A stretch of DNA of 32,226 bases from Octopus bimaculoides (lineage: Eukaryota). Shown one piece after another: positions 21,096 through 32,226 of the stretch (position 1 is its first letter; every line of letters starts with the position of its first letter). The position numbers were made by a program, and so were the translations under genes. Where the stretch lies: positions 75,085,274 to 75,117,499 of the forward strand of contig NC_068981.1 in NCBI RefSeq assembly GCF_001194135.2, read 5' to 3'. The notes beneath the pieces were generated by a model. It did not search any database and was not told where the DNA came from. It worked only from the letters and a program-made list of their open reading frames with translations.

Positions 21096-23005
21096 GTGAG
21101 TACTCTCCTGAGATATATTATATTGAGGACACAAATGTATTGGAATTTAAGCAGAGAAGACGTGTCTTTTATTTTTAAATATAAAGCAGACACACATATT
21201 CTTACACACACTTATACACACAAATCCAAATTTGCCACACAAACACGCATGCACAGACACATACACACACAGACACACACATGTGTATACACGGTGGCCC
21301 AAAAGTATGTTTACAGCTATCACGTAGGCACTTTATATTTCTTTTAAATCATTTTATTACATTTAAATTTCTATCTAACAAACTGAAAAAGGAGCTTGAC
21401 GAAATTCACTAAATTAGCATAAAATAATTGTTTTTTATAATTAAGATCTAAACTGTTAATACATGAATGTGAAAGACGTAGTTGAATAAATGTAAACCTA
21501 CTTTTAGCCACCGTGTGTATACATACATACATACATACATACATANNNNNNNNNNNNNNNNNNNNNNNNNNNNNNNNNNNNNTGTGTGTGTGTGTGTGCG
21601 TAGTTATATGCCTATGTATGTGTCTGCTTTACAGCGGAAGGAAGCTCTATTAAAGTGTATTACAACGGAGCATACAAAAGTACTCCACTGAGAGGCAGGA
21701 ACAAATGCTGAGAAAGCCAGCCTAACATTTGAGCTTCAGCGTTGCTGTCAATGTGCATAGTTCTTATACTATTACTACAATGTTCTTAGCTACACGTAGT
21801 TGTTTTGTTTTGTGTCATATCCAATCAGACAAGTTCAATTCACTCGAATCTCTTTGTCTCGTCAGTCATACGATATCCATCCGCACCAGATCCCACAAAA
21901 CAGCTATGTTTATTGCTGTCTCAGTAGAAGGTCGGTTATCTGGAATATCTTCCTGCATATGATTTTCCTGCTGGTGTCGAATTACAGCTATTTAAAAGCA
22001 AACATAACCGCATCAATCTAAGTGTCCAATGACCACACAAAGATACTTTTGCTAGTATATATATAAACATACTATGAAACCAAGGATACTAACTGACTTT
22101 TCTTTGTATGTCTCTTATAAACATCTGAGCGGAAAAATCTAAAACTTCTGGCGTTTTAAGTATTAATTAAAGAATTGATATTCCTGAGAGGTTGATTACA
22201 TGTAATCAACGGAAACCAATAGTGAAACAGGTGAAAATAGGAGTCGGATTTACTTTTAGAGCAGTTGAAGACAATCTTTTCACTTGTGACACTATTTTCA
22301 TTGAACTTTACTTTAAATAGCGTCTTTCATCTTCTCTATAAATCTATAAAAGATCAATATTCATTGATTTCTATCTAATTTTATTATAACAAAAACATAC
22401 TCTTATGAAAAACAAGACGTAAAGAAAATGCTATATTGNNNNNNNNNNNNNNNNNNNNNNNNNNNNNNNNNNNNNNNNNNNNNNNNNNNNNNNNNNNNNN
22501 NNNNNNNNNNNNNNNNNNNNNNNNNNNNNNNNNNNNNNNNNNNNNNNNNNNNNNNNNNNNNNNNNNNNNNNNNNNNNNNNNNNNNNNNNNNNNNNNNNNN
22601 NNNNNNNNNNNNNNNNNNNNNNNNNNNNNNNNNNNNNNNNNNNNNNNNNNNNNNNNNNNNNNNNNNNNNNNNNNNNNNNNNNNNNNNNNNNNNNNNNNNN
22701 NNNNNNNNNNNNNNNNNNNNNNNNNNNNNNNNNNNNNNNNNNNNNNNNNNNNNNNNNNNNNNNNNNNNNNNNNNNNNNNNNNNNNNNNNNNNNNNNNNNN
22801 NNNNNNNNNNNNNNNNNNNNNNNNNNNNNNNNNNNNNNNNNNNNNNNNNNNNNNNNNNNNNNNNNNNNNNNNNNNNNNNNNNNNNNNNNNNNNNNNNNNN
22901 NNNNNNNNNNNNNNNNNNNNNNNNNNNNNNNNNNNNNNNNNNNNNNNNNNNNTATATATTTATATATGTATATATATATATATATATATATTCATATATA
23001 CATAT

Positions 23006-23040
<35 letters not shown>

Positions 23041-23407
23041 TTATATACATATACACATTTATAATTATGTATGATATATATTTATATATATGCATATGTA
23101 AATGTATATATAACATATAATATATATGTAGTATTTTAACCCTCAACGTTTTTAATTAACAGTCGGTGTCAGATAATTATTTTCATTTTTAATCTGTGTA
23201 ATTTAATCCTCGATCGATAATAAAAAAGTGAAAAAAAAAAGGAAAGATAAAACAACTCATGAACAGTTCTATGAGAGAGATTTATTTGCCGAATCTATTT
23301 CATCAATCCGTTTGTTTGTTTCTTAAGATAGGTTTATTGTAGTAGGTGGTGGTCTTGAAGTATTTAGGTTGGTATTGTTTTCTATGGTGTTATAGAATGC
23401 ATTATTA

Positions 23408-23588
23408 AAGGGGGAAGCTGGCAGAATTATTAGCTACCGTTATTTCGTCCATCTTCACATTCTGAGTTCAAATTCTGCCGAGCCCATATTGCCTTTCATC
23501 CTTTCAAAGTCGATAAAATATGTTCCAGATGTGTACTGTGGTCGATGTAATCGATTTATCGCATTCTCCAAAATTTCAGGCCTTGTGC
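23408..23588 (+). mobile_element. SINE copy 9
   Basis: TGGCAGAATT A-box-like, GAGTTCAAATTC B-box-like, and 3' CAAAATTTCAGGCCTTGTGC. About 20 bp deleted in the head. Confidence 0.88.
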
Positions 23589-23806
23589 TTACTGCACAAA
23601 GCTGTGACATAGCAGAGTCGTTTACACGCTGGAAAAAATGGTTAGAGGGATTTCACACGATTTTAGGTTATGAGTTCATGTTCCACAAGTGTTGACTTTA
23701 CTTTTTGTTCTTTTCGGACATGCATACATACATACAAGCATGCACAAAAACACATAACCGTACACACACACACAAACACACAAATATTCATTTATTTATA
23801 CGTTAC

Positions 23807-23845
<39 letters not shown>

Positions 23846-24471
23846 CACACGCATACATACTTATACGCAGGCACACGCACACACACACACNNNNNNNNNN
23901 NNNNNNNNNNNNNNNNNNNNNNNNNNNNNNNNNNNNNNNNNNNNNNNNNNNNNNNNNNNNNNNNNNNNNNNNNNNNNNNNNNNNNNNNNTATAAATATTT
24001 ATGTCAATACATACATACATACATATATATATATATATAATATAGATATATAAGAGGAAGAAATATGACCCTAATAAAGATTTACGTTATTGCAGAAAAA
24101 TAACAAAAAGAAGAGAATAATCGATAACAATCAACTATTTATATCATCGGCAACATCACCAACAGCACCAACCGTTGTTGGCTGGTAATTAAAAATCTTC
24201 ATCATTGATACTTTTAATCCTGTAGGGCTTTTCACTCCGTTCCTGTTATAATAATTATTTTAATAATTAAAAAAAAAATTATGTTTTAAAATGTTAAATC
24301 AGAATTTTCATTAATTTAACTCCCACCTCCAATCTCCGAGCGGTTTCATTATAGTATAATAATCTTGCCGGCTATCTCCTCAAAAGATATTTAAAAAAGA
24401 AAATAAACGAAACGAAATTTAAATTTCAAACTCAAAATTAATCTGACCTTAACATTCCTATAATCTCCTCC

Positions 24472-24549
<78 letters not shown>
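24472..24549. repeat. (ATT)n
   Basis: Direct reading. Confidence 0.97.
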
Positions 24550-24596
24550 GATATTTTGATTTTATTGTATTATTTTTTTAATTTCAATTCTCATAG

Positions 24597-24639
24597 AATT
24601 TTACCGGACATTGTTGCTCTCCGGAACGATTTACAACAA
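24597..24639 (+). CDS. Candidate internal exon of an unidentified host gene (xILPDIVALRNDLQQ)
   Basis: Pyrimidine-rich acceptor TTTCAATTCTCATAG and donor CAA|GTAATC. 43 nt, GC-richer than the flanks. This frame ends in phase 0, matching the next exon. Confidence 0.45.
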
Positions 24640-25849
24640 GTAATCTTGTGCTTCAATGCATTTTATGCTAATTTCATTCGATTATTTTTTTAGCTGAACA
24701 TCTCATATACTCGCTGCAATATTCTGAACTGCGTCTAACACAATTACCTCTTTTTTTTCTCATATTGTAATTCTAATACTTGATAACCAAAATGCTTATC
24801 CTACTGGAGACTATTCCTACATAATTTAATATAATTGTTATTACATCTTATTTCAATTTTGACGTTGTAGTCATAATAAGAATTTTCTTTGAGTTTTCCT
24901 CTGATCTTCATTGTATTTCTCTTACATATTATAATAGCTGCAGGTTCGTGCGATATTAGCTTTCCGTCAACATTACAGCGTCTAGACTCTTAATATGGTA
25001 CCCTTACCTACTTTACGTTATAATTTCCAGCAGATTTCTCATATGCCGTCTATATAAGATTATGTTCATGCAATCTAGACAACATTATGTTCATTCCGAA
25101 TATTTCATTATATACTTTGCTTTAATGTATTAATATTCACACTATATAACAATGAGGTTGTGGTGCAATATATATATATAAAAATTATTGAAACAATAAA
25201 GGTGGAGTTAACATATTGTTCAAATTGACAAAAAAGTGATGAATGAATTTGAATCTCAACCACTCATTCCAAAACCAAGAATTAAAAAAACCTTTATTAT
25301 CAGATCAATTAAATTTATCATCAAAATTGTTTTGGACCTGTCTATACCGTCTGTTTTTTGCAAGAACTACGCTGACAAATAGGCGACCTTTTTAAGACGA
25401 AAGCTATTTAGCTGTATTTCTAGGTTTCGTTTTACCGTTAACATTTTTCTTATCAGTTTTAATATTTAACAACTTGCCTGTTTATTCGATGTCGAATGTT
25501 AATCTTAAATCGGTAAAATAAGTACCATATCGATTTTATTTTATCACCAAACTCTTAATCTTTCGCTGATGCAAGAAACCATTAACCTCCCCATTTGCCG
25601 AACATATTCCGAAGTGGGAGCTGATCTGACATCGCTGAATAAAACACAACAGGTCTACTGTGAGACATAGTTCTCCAAGTAATCTGCATCTTAATCATGA
25701 AATATTTCTTTCTATAGCTATTACAAATTAGCAAGACACATAGTTTTTTTACGACTCCATCTTGAAAGATTGCCAGCCAATGGTAAATAGTTTACCATAC
25801 ATCTACGTAATATAACTATCCCATGCTAGACGTTACGGTAGCATTTCAG

Positions 25850-25934
25850 TGGTTTGCACTGGATATACTGGAAGGTCATAGAAGGGACCACATCACGTAC
25901 CAGCAACGGGAAACCATCTCGGCGCTAAAATCAG
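25850..25934 (+). CDS. Candidate internal exon of an unidentified host gene (WFALDILEGHRRDHITYQQRETISALKS)
   Basis: Acceptor ATTTCAG and strong donor CAG|GTCAGT. 85 nt, about 50% GC in an AT-rich context. Only one frame is open, and it is in phase with 24597-24639. Confidence 0.6.
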
Positions 25935-26262
25935 GTCAGTCAAGTTCATTACTCGCTGTGTTAAGGACTGCAACCATTATGTACTACCATATGATTTAAT
26001 CGTATTACATTGTTAAGAAATACAAAATTTGGTTAAATGGAAGTATATATAAAACAATGGCGTTGGGTGGGAATAAGATAAGATAGGGAAGCGTAAGAAA
26101 GAGTAGAAAGGAAAAAAGAAAATAGGAAATAATTGATGCATATCAAAGTTTTTTCCCACATCAGTTAGGTTGAGATTCCAACGCTTGTGTTATTTTCAAA
26201 CAGAAATGAACGCTGGAGATGCAAATAGATGCGATGGGAAAAGGAACAACAACAATAATAAT

Positions 26263-26363
26263 AAGGATGAAAGGCAAAGTCGACCTCGGCGGAACTTGAA
26301 CTCAGAACTTGAACTGTGAAATACTGCTAAGCATTTCGCCCGGCGTGCTAACGATACTGCCAA
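26263..26363 (-). mobile_element. SINE copy 10 (head half only)
   Basis: GGATGAAAGGCAAAGTCGACCTCGGCGGAA..TTGAACTCAGAAC..GCTAAGCATTTCGCCCGGCGTGCTAACGAT, flanked by AAT repeats. Confidence 0.9.
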
Positions 26364-26366
26364 GTA

Positions 26367-26392
26367 TAATAATAATAACGAAATACTAACGA

Positions 26393-26470
<78 letters not shown>

Positions 26471-26490
26471 GAAAATATATAATAATAACG
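26367..26490. repeat. (AAT)n with AACGAAAT interruptions
   Basis: Direct reading. Confidence 0.95.
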
Positions 26491-26549
26491 AAAAATATTG
26501 TCTATATGATTCCAAAAATAATTCAGTCTGTAAGCATTGTCAATTACTT

Positions 26550-26803
26550 TTAAATGTACATAATAGCAAACACCTTTTACTGTAATCTTAACATTACACT
26601 GACCACAAATTACTTTTCAAACAAACTTCTAATTTTCTAATGATTTCGCTGACATTCTCTAGACTAATGCCCTGTGCAAACCGAAAAATATGGCACCATA
26701 GTCACAATACCAACTTGGACTTCTAACCTGTTGTCTCTTGAGGTCTTTGGGTGAGACTCGGACTCAACTTGTACAAATACGATGCCAAAGTCAAACATGA
26801 TAA
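26550..26803 (+). mobile_element. Probable R4/Dong 3' UTR (another subfamily)
   Basis: TGTCTCTTGAGGTCTTTGGGTGAGACTCGG..AACTTGTACAAAT..AAGTCAAACAT(GATAAT) resembles Dong-type UTRs as I recall them, with partial similarity to 27320-27345. Not verified by a search. Confidence 0.45.
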
Positions 26804-26808
26804 TCGAA

Positions 26809-26985
26809 AAGATGTGGTGTATCAAGACGGTTACAATACCAGTGATTGTAGAAGCACTTGGAATGATCGAAAAAAGGAACTGAAATTATTCAAAAATGAT
26901 CTCTGGCTTACCAACGATGCAGCAAGTGCAAAAAATTGTCTTAACAAGTACGTCACACGTATTGACAAGAACACTGTCTCTGTGG
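26809..26985 (+). mobile_element. R4/Dong RLE C-terminal fragment
   Basis: KMWCIKTVTIPVIVEALGMIEKRN*NYSKMISGLPTMQQVQKIVLTSTSHVLTRTLSL, homologous to RLWSMRRVDVIPVVIGALGTI...KSALLGTARVLRTVL at 31920-32100. Confidence 0.85.
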
Positions 26986-27107
26986 ATTTTCTTTTCTTTT
27001 GCCCTCCTTCATTTTATTTGTTTACTTCTTTATTTTATTTTTTTTCCTTTTTCTCTCTGACTTTCCTTTTTTCACTTTCACAAATCAAAAGAGGAAAGCC
27101 TTACTCA

Positions 27108-27232
27108 TATAGTGAGTGAATGTAGCATGTTGGCACAGAAATAATGCAAGAAAAGACATGACAATCTAGAGAGAACAATCGACTGGGATCTATGTAGGAA
27201 CTAGGATTTGAACATACTAATAAATGGCATAC
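27108..27232 (+). mobile_element. R4/Dong fragment downstream of the CCHC knuckle
   Basis: IVSECSMLAQK*CKKRHDNLERTIDWDLCRN, matching VVSECPKLVRCKYKRS*DNVARMIQWELC at about 31590-31675. Confidence 0.8.
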
Positions 27233-27274
27233 TAGCTTTTTTTCTTCTATCAATGCCAAGCAAAATGATTTGGC

Positions 27275-27385
27275 TTGTTTGTTTTAATGGTCTACCAATT
27301 TATACAGTACGTTTCTCTGCCCTAGGTGTCAGGAAGACACTCGCCAAGAAACGGAAACATAATTGAGAGATGCTAACGAAAATAT
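27275..27385 (+). mobile_element. Probable R4/Dong 3' UTR before the TAA array
   Basis: GTACGTTTCTCTGCCCTAGGTGTCAGGAAGACACTCG directly followed by (TAA)n. The assignment relies on position and remembered family similarity. Confidence 0.45.
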
Positions 27386-27405
27386 TAATAATAATAATAA
27401 TAATA

Positions 27406-27436
<31 letters not shown>

Positions 27437-27493
27437 CGATGATGATAATGATAAATAATAATAATGGCAATAATAATAATAATAATGATGATG

Positions 27494-27548
<55 letters not shown>

Positions 27549-27559
27549 TAATAATAATG

Positions 27560-27629
<70 letters not shown>
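27385..27629. repeat. (AAT)n/(GAT)n array
   Basis: Direct reading; runs into a gap. Confidence 0.97.
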
Positions 27630-28572
27630 NNNNNNNNNNNNNNNNNNNNNNNNNNNNNNNNNNNNNNNNNNNNNNNNNNNNNNNNNNNNNNNNNNNNNNN
27701 NNNNNNNNNNNNNNNNNNNNNNNNNNNNNNNNNNNNNNNNNNNNNNNNNNNNNNNNNNNNNNNNNNNNNNNNNNNNNNNNNNNNNNNNNNNNNNNNNNNN
27801 NNNNNNNNNNNNNNNNNNNNNNNNNNNNNNNNNNNNNNNNNNNNNNNNNNNNNNNNNNNNNNNNNNNNNNNNNNNNNNNNNNNNNNNNNNNNNNNNNNNN
27901 NNNNNNNNNNNNNNNNNNNNNNNNNNNNNNNNNNNNNNNNNNNNNNNNNNNNNNNNNNNNNNNNNNNNNNNNNNNNNNNNNNNNNNNNNNNNNNNNNNNN
28001 NNNNNNNNNNNNNNNNNNNNNNNNNNNNNNNNNNNNNNNNNNNNNNNNNNNNNNNNNNNNNNNNNNNNNNNNNNNNNNNNNNNNNNNNNNNNNNNNNNNN
28101 NNNNNNNNNNNNNNNNNNNNNNNNNNNNNNNNNNNNNNNNNNNNNNNNNNNNNNNNNNNNNNNNNNNNNNNNNNNNNNNNNNNNNNNNNNNNNNNNNNNN
28201 NNNNNNNNNNNNNNNNNNNNNNNNNNNNNNNNNNNNNNNNNNNNNNNNNNNNNNNNNNNNNNNNNNNNNNNNNNNNNNNNNNNNNNNNNNNNNNNNNNNN
28301 NNNNNNNNNNNNNNNNNNNNNNNNNNNNNNNNNNNNNNNNNNNNNNNNNNNNNNNNNNNNNNNNNNNNNNNNNNNNNNNNNNNNNNNNNNNNNNNNNNNN
28401 NNNNNNNNNNNNNNNNNNNNNNNNNNNNNNNNNNNNNNNNNNNNNNNNNNNNNNNNNNNNNNNNNNNNNNNNNNNNNNNNNNNNNNNNNNNNNNNNNNNN
28501 NNNNNNNNNNNNNNNNNNNNNNNNNNNNNNNNNNNNNNNNNNNNNNNNNNNNNNNNNNNNNNNNNNNNNNNN

Positions 28573-31500
28573 GTGAAGCTCGACTCATTTGCCAAACCCA
28601 CTGAAGAATTGGAAAAGGCAAGTATATGGCGTCTTCACATAACCAGTGCTCCGGGAAGGCTGTACTCGTTAGCCTTGGATGGCAAGCAGCCTAGGAGAAA
28701 GAACACTCTGAGTTCAAAACCAGAGGAGCAAGTCGCTTTGGCCGACTGCCTTTATAGAGATGCTCTCTCGATACAAATACCGGTTGGTAGTAACCTAAAA
28801 ACACACTTCATTTGTAAGTGAAAATGCCAAGCAAAATAAATGACAATAACGGTGTGAAGGGAACTGGAACTAATGGTAAAGGTGCCGCACCGGCAGGTGC
28901 CCCACTGCATCAGGTTAGGTCCGGTCGTAATCCAGCAACTGCTACAAGACATAAGTGGAGTAAAAAAGTAAACATGATGGTTATGGAGTGTTACCCCCGG
29001 AGCATGCCAGTGGATGCAAATGGCGTGCCTATCAGAGGGTAAAGAAAATGAATGCACAATGAATGGAAGGCAACTGAACTGTTTGAAATTACTGAACAGA
29101 GATTATGTGACCAAACAAAGGCAATACTAAAGAATGGATGGTTACCAGAACTGGAGCTAGAAGCTATTAAAAGAAGGATATCGGGTGATCCTGGGCATGC
29201 GAGAAAAGAAAGTGGTATAGTGAAAGAGATGGAAAATTGTTCGCAAAAATATAATATCGTGAATTGTGAAAGGATTCAGATGAGTGACTATTCAAACGAT
29301 GAAGATTGATTAATAATAGACAGAATTTTGGATCTATTAAATACAGAAATGATAGAATTTACGTGCGACTTTAGGAAGGTTAACCAATGGAGACTAAATC
29401 AAAAGATGAATAAAGTCAATAATCTATTGAGACATTGAAACAAATAACATCACACAAGCAATCTTACCAAAGCTGCTAGTAGGATTGAGAACTATTGAGA
29501 ATAGAACAGCGACGGATAGAAGAAAAAATAAACAACCGTTGTGGAAAAGGAGAAACTCTGAAGATAAAAACTTCTTAAACAATGTAGTGTCAGTACTAGT
29601 CAGGAAACTATATGGAGAACCTAAGAATAAATGGAAATCCGAAAAATTTAGGAAGAAGTATGGTGTAAATACAAAAGGCCTGGATGTTATAATTGAAGAA
29701 CTGAAGCAACGCATACATGCAAGAAAGGCAAAGTTAGCTAGGTTTGAACAACGGACTAAGCAATACCAACGAAACAAATTGTTTAGAAGCCACCAAAAAT
29801 GATTTTATCTACAGATTAATGATGGTAAAAAACGCGAAAGATTAGTCCCTGATGCTGATGAAAGTCGACATTTTCGGGGTAAGATATAGAATAAGCAAGA
29901 ACAACATAATACTACAGCTGTATGGCTTTGCAGCCTGAAGCAAACAGCTTCTTATCACCAGCAAGAGGCTATCCACTTCATAGAAGACAGTATTAAAAAT
30001 ATGAGTAAAAAAAAATAAGCAATTTGAAAGCACCAGGACCTGATGGTTTACAGGAATTTTGGATAAAAATGTTCAGTAGTTGCCATAAGTTCATCGCAGA
30101 ACAATTTAATACATTGATCAATGGGGAAGAAGAAATCTCGGTCTGGTTGACAAAAGGATGAACGGTGTTGTGCCTCAAAGATGTACCAAAAGGAAATGCT
30201 GCTGACAATTACAGACCAAATTTCAGCCTCCCATTAATGTGGAAGTTACTGTCAGGAGGAATTACGGAAGAACTATATAAATTCCTGGATGAGAACGGTA
30301 TATTACCGACCGAACAAAAAAAACTGTAGAAGGAGATGCAGAGGTACCAAAGATCAACAATTGATAGACAAAATGTTAATGCAAAATTGTAAACGAAGGA
30401 GAACTAATCTGGGAATGGCCTGGACTGACTATCGCAAAGCTTATGATATGATTCCACATTCGTGGATCGTCGAGTGCTTAGATCAGTTTGGAATTGCGAG
30501 GAACGTAACATGTTTTCTAAAGAGAAGTATGGTGGGATGGAAAATGAACTGACATCTTACGGAAAAAGCTTGGGATTTTCCAGGGGGATAGCCTATCTCC
30601 GTTGCTTTTTGTTCGCTACATGATACCTCTGACCTTGGTACTTAGGAAAATGAACATGGAGTACCAACTAAAGGAAAAATCCTAAACAATCAACCACCTC
30701 CTCTCCATGGATGATTTGAAACTGTATGGCAAAGATGAGATTCAATTGAGTTCTTGGTGAAGATTGTTCACTGTTTTAATAGTGATATTAAACTGGAATT
30801 TGGACTAAAGAAGGGCGGAATAATCTACCTAAAAAGAGGCAAGGTACAGTCCAAAGGAGGAATAGAATTACCGTACCAAGACCTGATTAAACAAATTGCA
30901 ACGGAAGGATACAGATGGCTTTGTGTACTAGAGTTCAATGTGATAATGGAAAAGGAAATGAAAGAGTAATTGAGGTTGGTGTTGCGCTCAAAACTGACTG
31001 GATATAATAAAATCTAAGTCGTTAATGTGGGCGACAGCATCACTTCGGTATGGAGCGGGAATTATAAAATGGCAAAGCAGAGAAGTGAAAGAAATGGATA
31101 TCTGATCAGAAAAAATGTTGACAGTACACCTTAAGAGTTTCACCGATAAGCTGTACTTGTCCATAAGAAAGGGTGGGAGAGGACAGTATCGAAGCAGAGG
31201 AAAACACTCTTGAGTGGTATATTAAAAATGCTGTGGAGCCACTGTTGAAACACACGAAGAAGGCCGACGTCGTCAAACACGGTAAATTGTGTAACAAAAG
31301 AAAAATTCAAACAAGAAATGAAGGAAAAACAAAAAAAGAATAAGAAAAAGCATGGAAGAAAAAGAATATGTACGGTCAATTTGCAAGAGATGTGAACGCC
31401 AAAATAGATACAGAGGACCGGTGGCTATGGAAGAGGTGGACTGACTTGAAGATAGAAACAAATGCACTCATAAGCGCAGCTCAGGAACAAGCATTAAGGA

Positions 31501-32166
31501 GCAACTATATGAAGCACGGAAAAGACAACACTACCTATAGCTACAAACGCAGAATGAGTGGTGTGAGGGGTGAAACGGTATGGCACGTCGTTAGCGAATG
31601 CCCGAAATTGGTACGATGCAAATACAAAAGAAGCTAGACAATGTGGCAAGAATGATCCAATGGGAGCTCTGTGGAAATCACGGCCTACAAAGAGCAAATA
31701 CATAGTATCAGAAAACTCCAGGTTTCACCGAAAACGAGAATTGCAAAATATTATGGGATGCAATGATTCAGTGCGATCATCCAATCAGACATCGGAAACC
31801 GGAAATTGCTGTGGTGAATAAAAACCAAAAAACATCTATAATAATCGACATAGCATGCGCCGGTGACAACAGGATCAATGCGAAAAAAATAAACAACTAT
31901 GACGATTTGAAGTGGGAAATACGAAGGTTGTGGTCAATGAGGAGAGTAGACGTGATACCAGTAGTAATTGGTGCACTTGGAACTATCAGCACACAACTTC
32001 CAAAATGACTGAAAAAGATTGGTGAAACTGTGCAGGTAGAACACCTATAAAAATCAGCATTGCTTGGAACTGCAAGAGTTCTTCGCACGGTTCTTGTAGC
32101 ATGACCAGTAAACAAGTATCACCTTAGTCTGCTGGCTGTGGACAGCTGACACTTTCCATCATACCC

Positions 32167-32167
<1 letters not shown>
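28573..32167 (+). mobile_element. Near full-length R4/Dong-clade non-LTR retrotransposon (inactive)
   Basis: A 5' UTR begins at the gap. Single-ORF architecture, a 63-nt 3' UTR, then (TAA)n at 32168-32226. A TAA array lies upstream at 27385-27629, across the gap. Confidence 0.95.
28824..32104 (+). pseudogene. R4/Dong ORF remnant: N-terminal domain, RT, CCHC, RLE endonuclease
   Basis: [96 protein letters not shown] (30707 ATG GAT GAT), ETVWHVVSEC, IQCDHPIRHRKPEI..IIIDIAC, ALLGTARVLRTVLVA*. Numerous stops and frameshifts. Confidence 0.95.

Positions 32168-32226
<59 letters not shown>
32168..32226. repeat. (TAA)n at the 3' end of the Dong element
   Basis: Direct reading. Confidence 0.97.

Larger units (their letters stand above)
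2364..28572. other. Eight assembly gaps: 2364-3164, 3688-4412, 11711-11779, 19642-20035, 21546-21582, 22439-22951, 23891-23989, 27630-28572
   Basis: N runs, nearly all bordered by microsatellite or low-complexity sequence. Confidence 0.99.

Noticed and set aside
26751-27119. 122-aa ORF
   Set aside because: Off-frame reading of a Dong C-terminal fragment followed by a pyrimidine tract.
2263-28821. Long ORFs containing X runs (e.g. 2263-3210, 3632-4834, 19483-20466, 27370-28821)
   Set aside because: They are open only because they cross N gaps and microsatellites.
1-32226. CRISPR arrays, rRNA, prokaryotic operons
   Set aside because: No repeat-spacer arrays or rRNA-like sequence; the context is eukaryotic repeat-rich DNA.

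Overview
AT-rich, microsatellite-rich eukaryotic draft sequence with 8 N-gaps. The SINE and LINE families suggest an octopus (coleoid) genome; this is inferred from remembered family sequences, not from a search. There is no intact long CDS. The window is mostly decayed mobile DNA: (i) at least 9 pieces of R4/Dong-clade non-LTR retrotransposons with a restriction-like endonuclease, most abutting (TAA)n arrays, including a near full-length dead copy at 28573-32167; (ii) about 11 copies of one tRNA-headed SINE; (iii) a decayed full-length mariner (DD34D), an internally deleted maT-like (DD37D) transposase and a TA-flanked MITE; (iv) a Penelope-like GIY-YIG remnant and a two-copy repeat carrying a type I hammerhead ribozyme fold. 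Two short, phase-compatible + strand exons (24597-24639, 25850-25934) suggest the region is intronic in an unidentified host gene. The best leads are the hammerhead-bearing repeat, one palindromic AATATT site hit by SINE insertions from both strands, a covarying stem-loop in the Dong 3' UTRs, and the unidentified exons. I see no clear evidence of a wholly new biological system.
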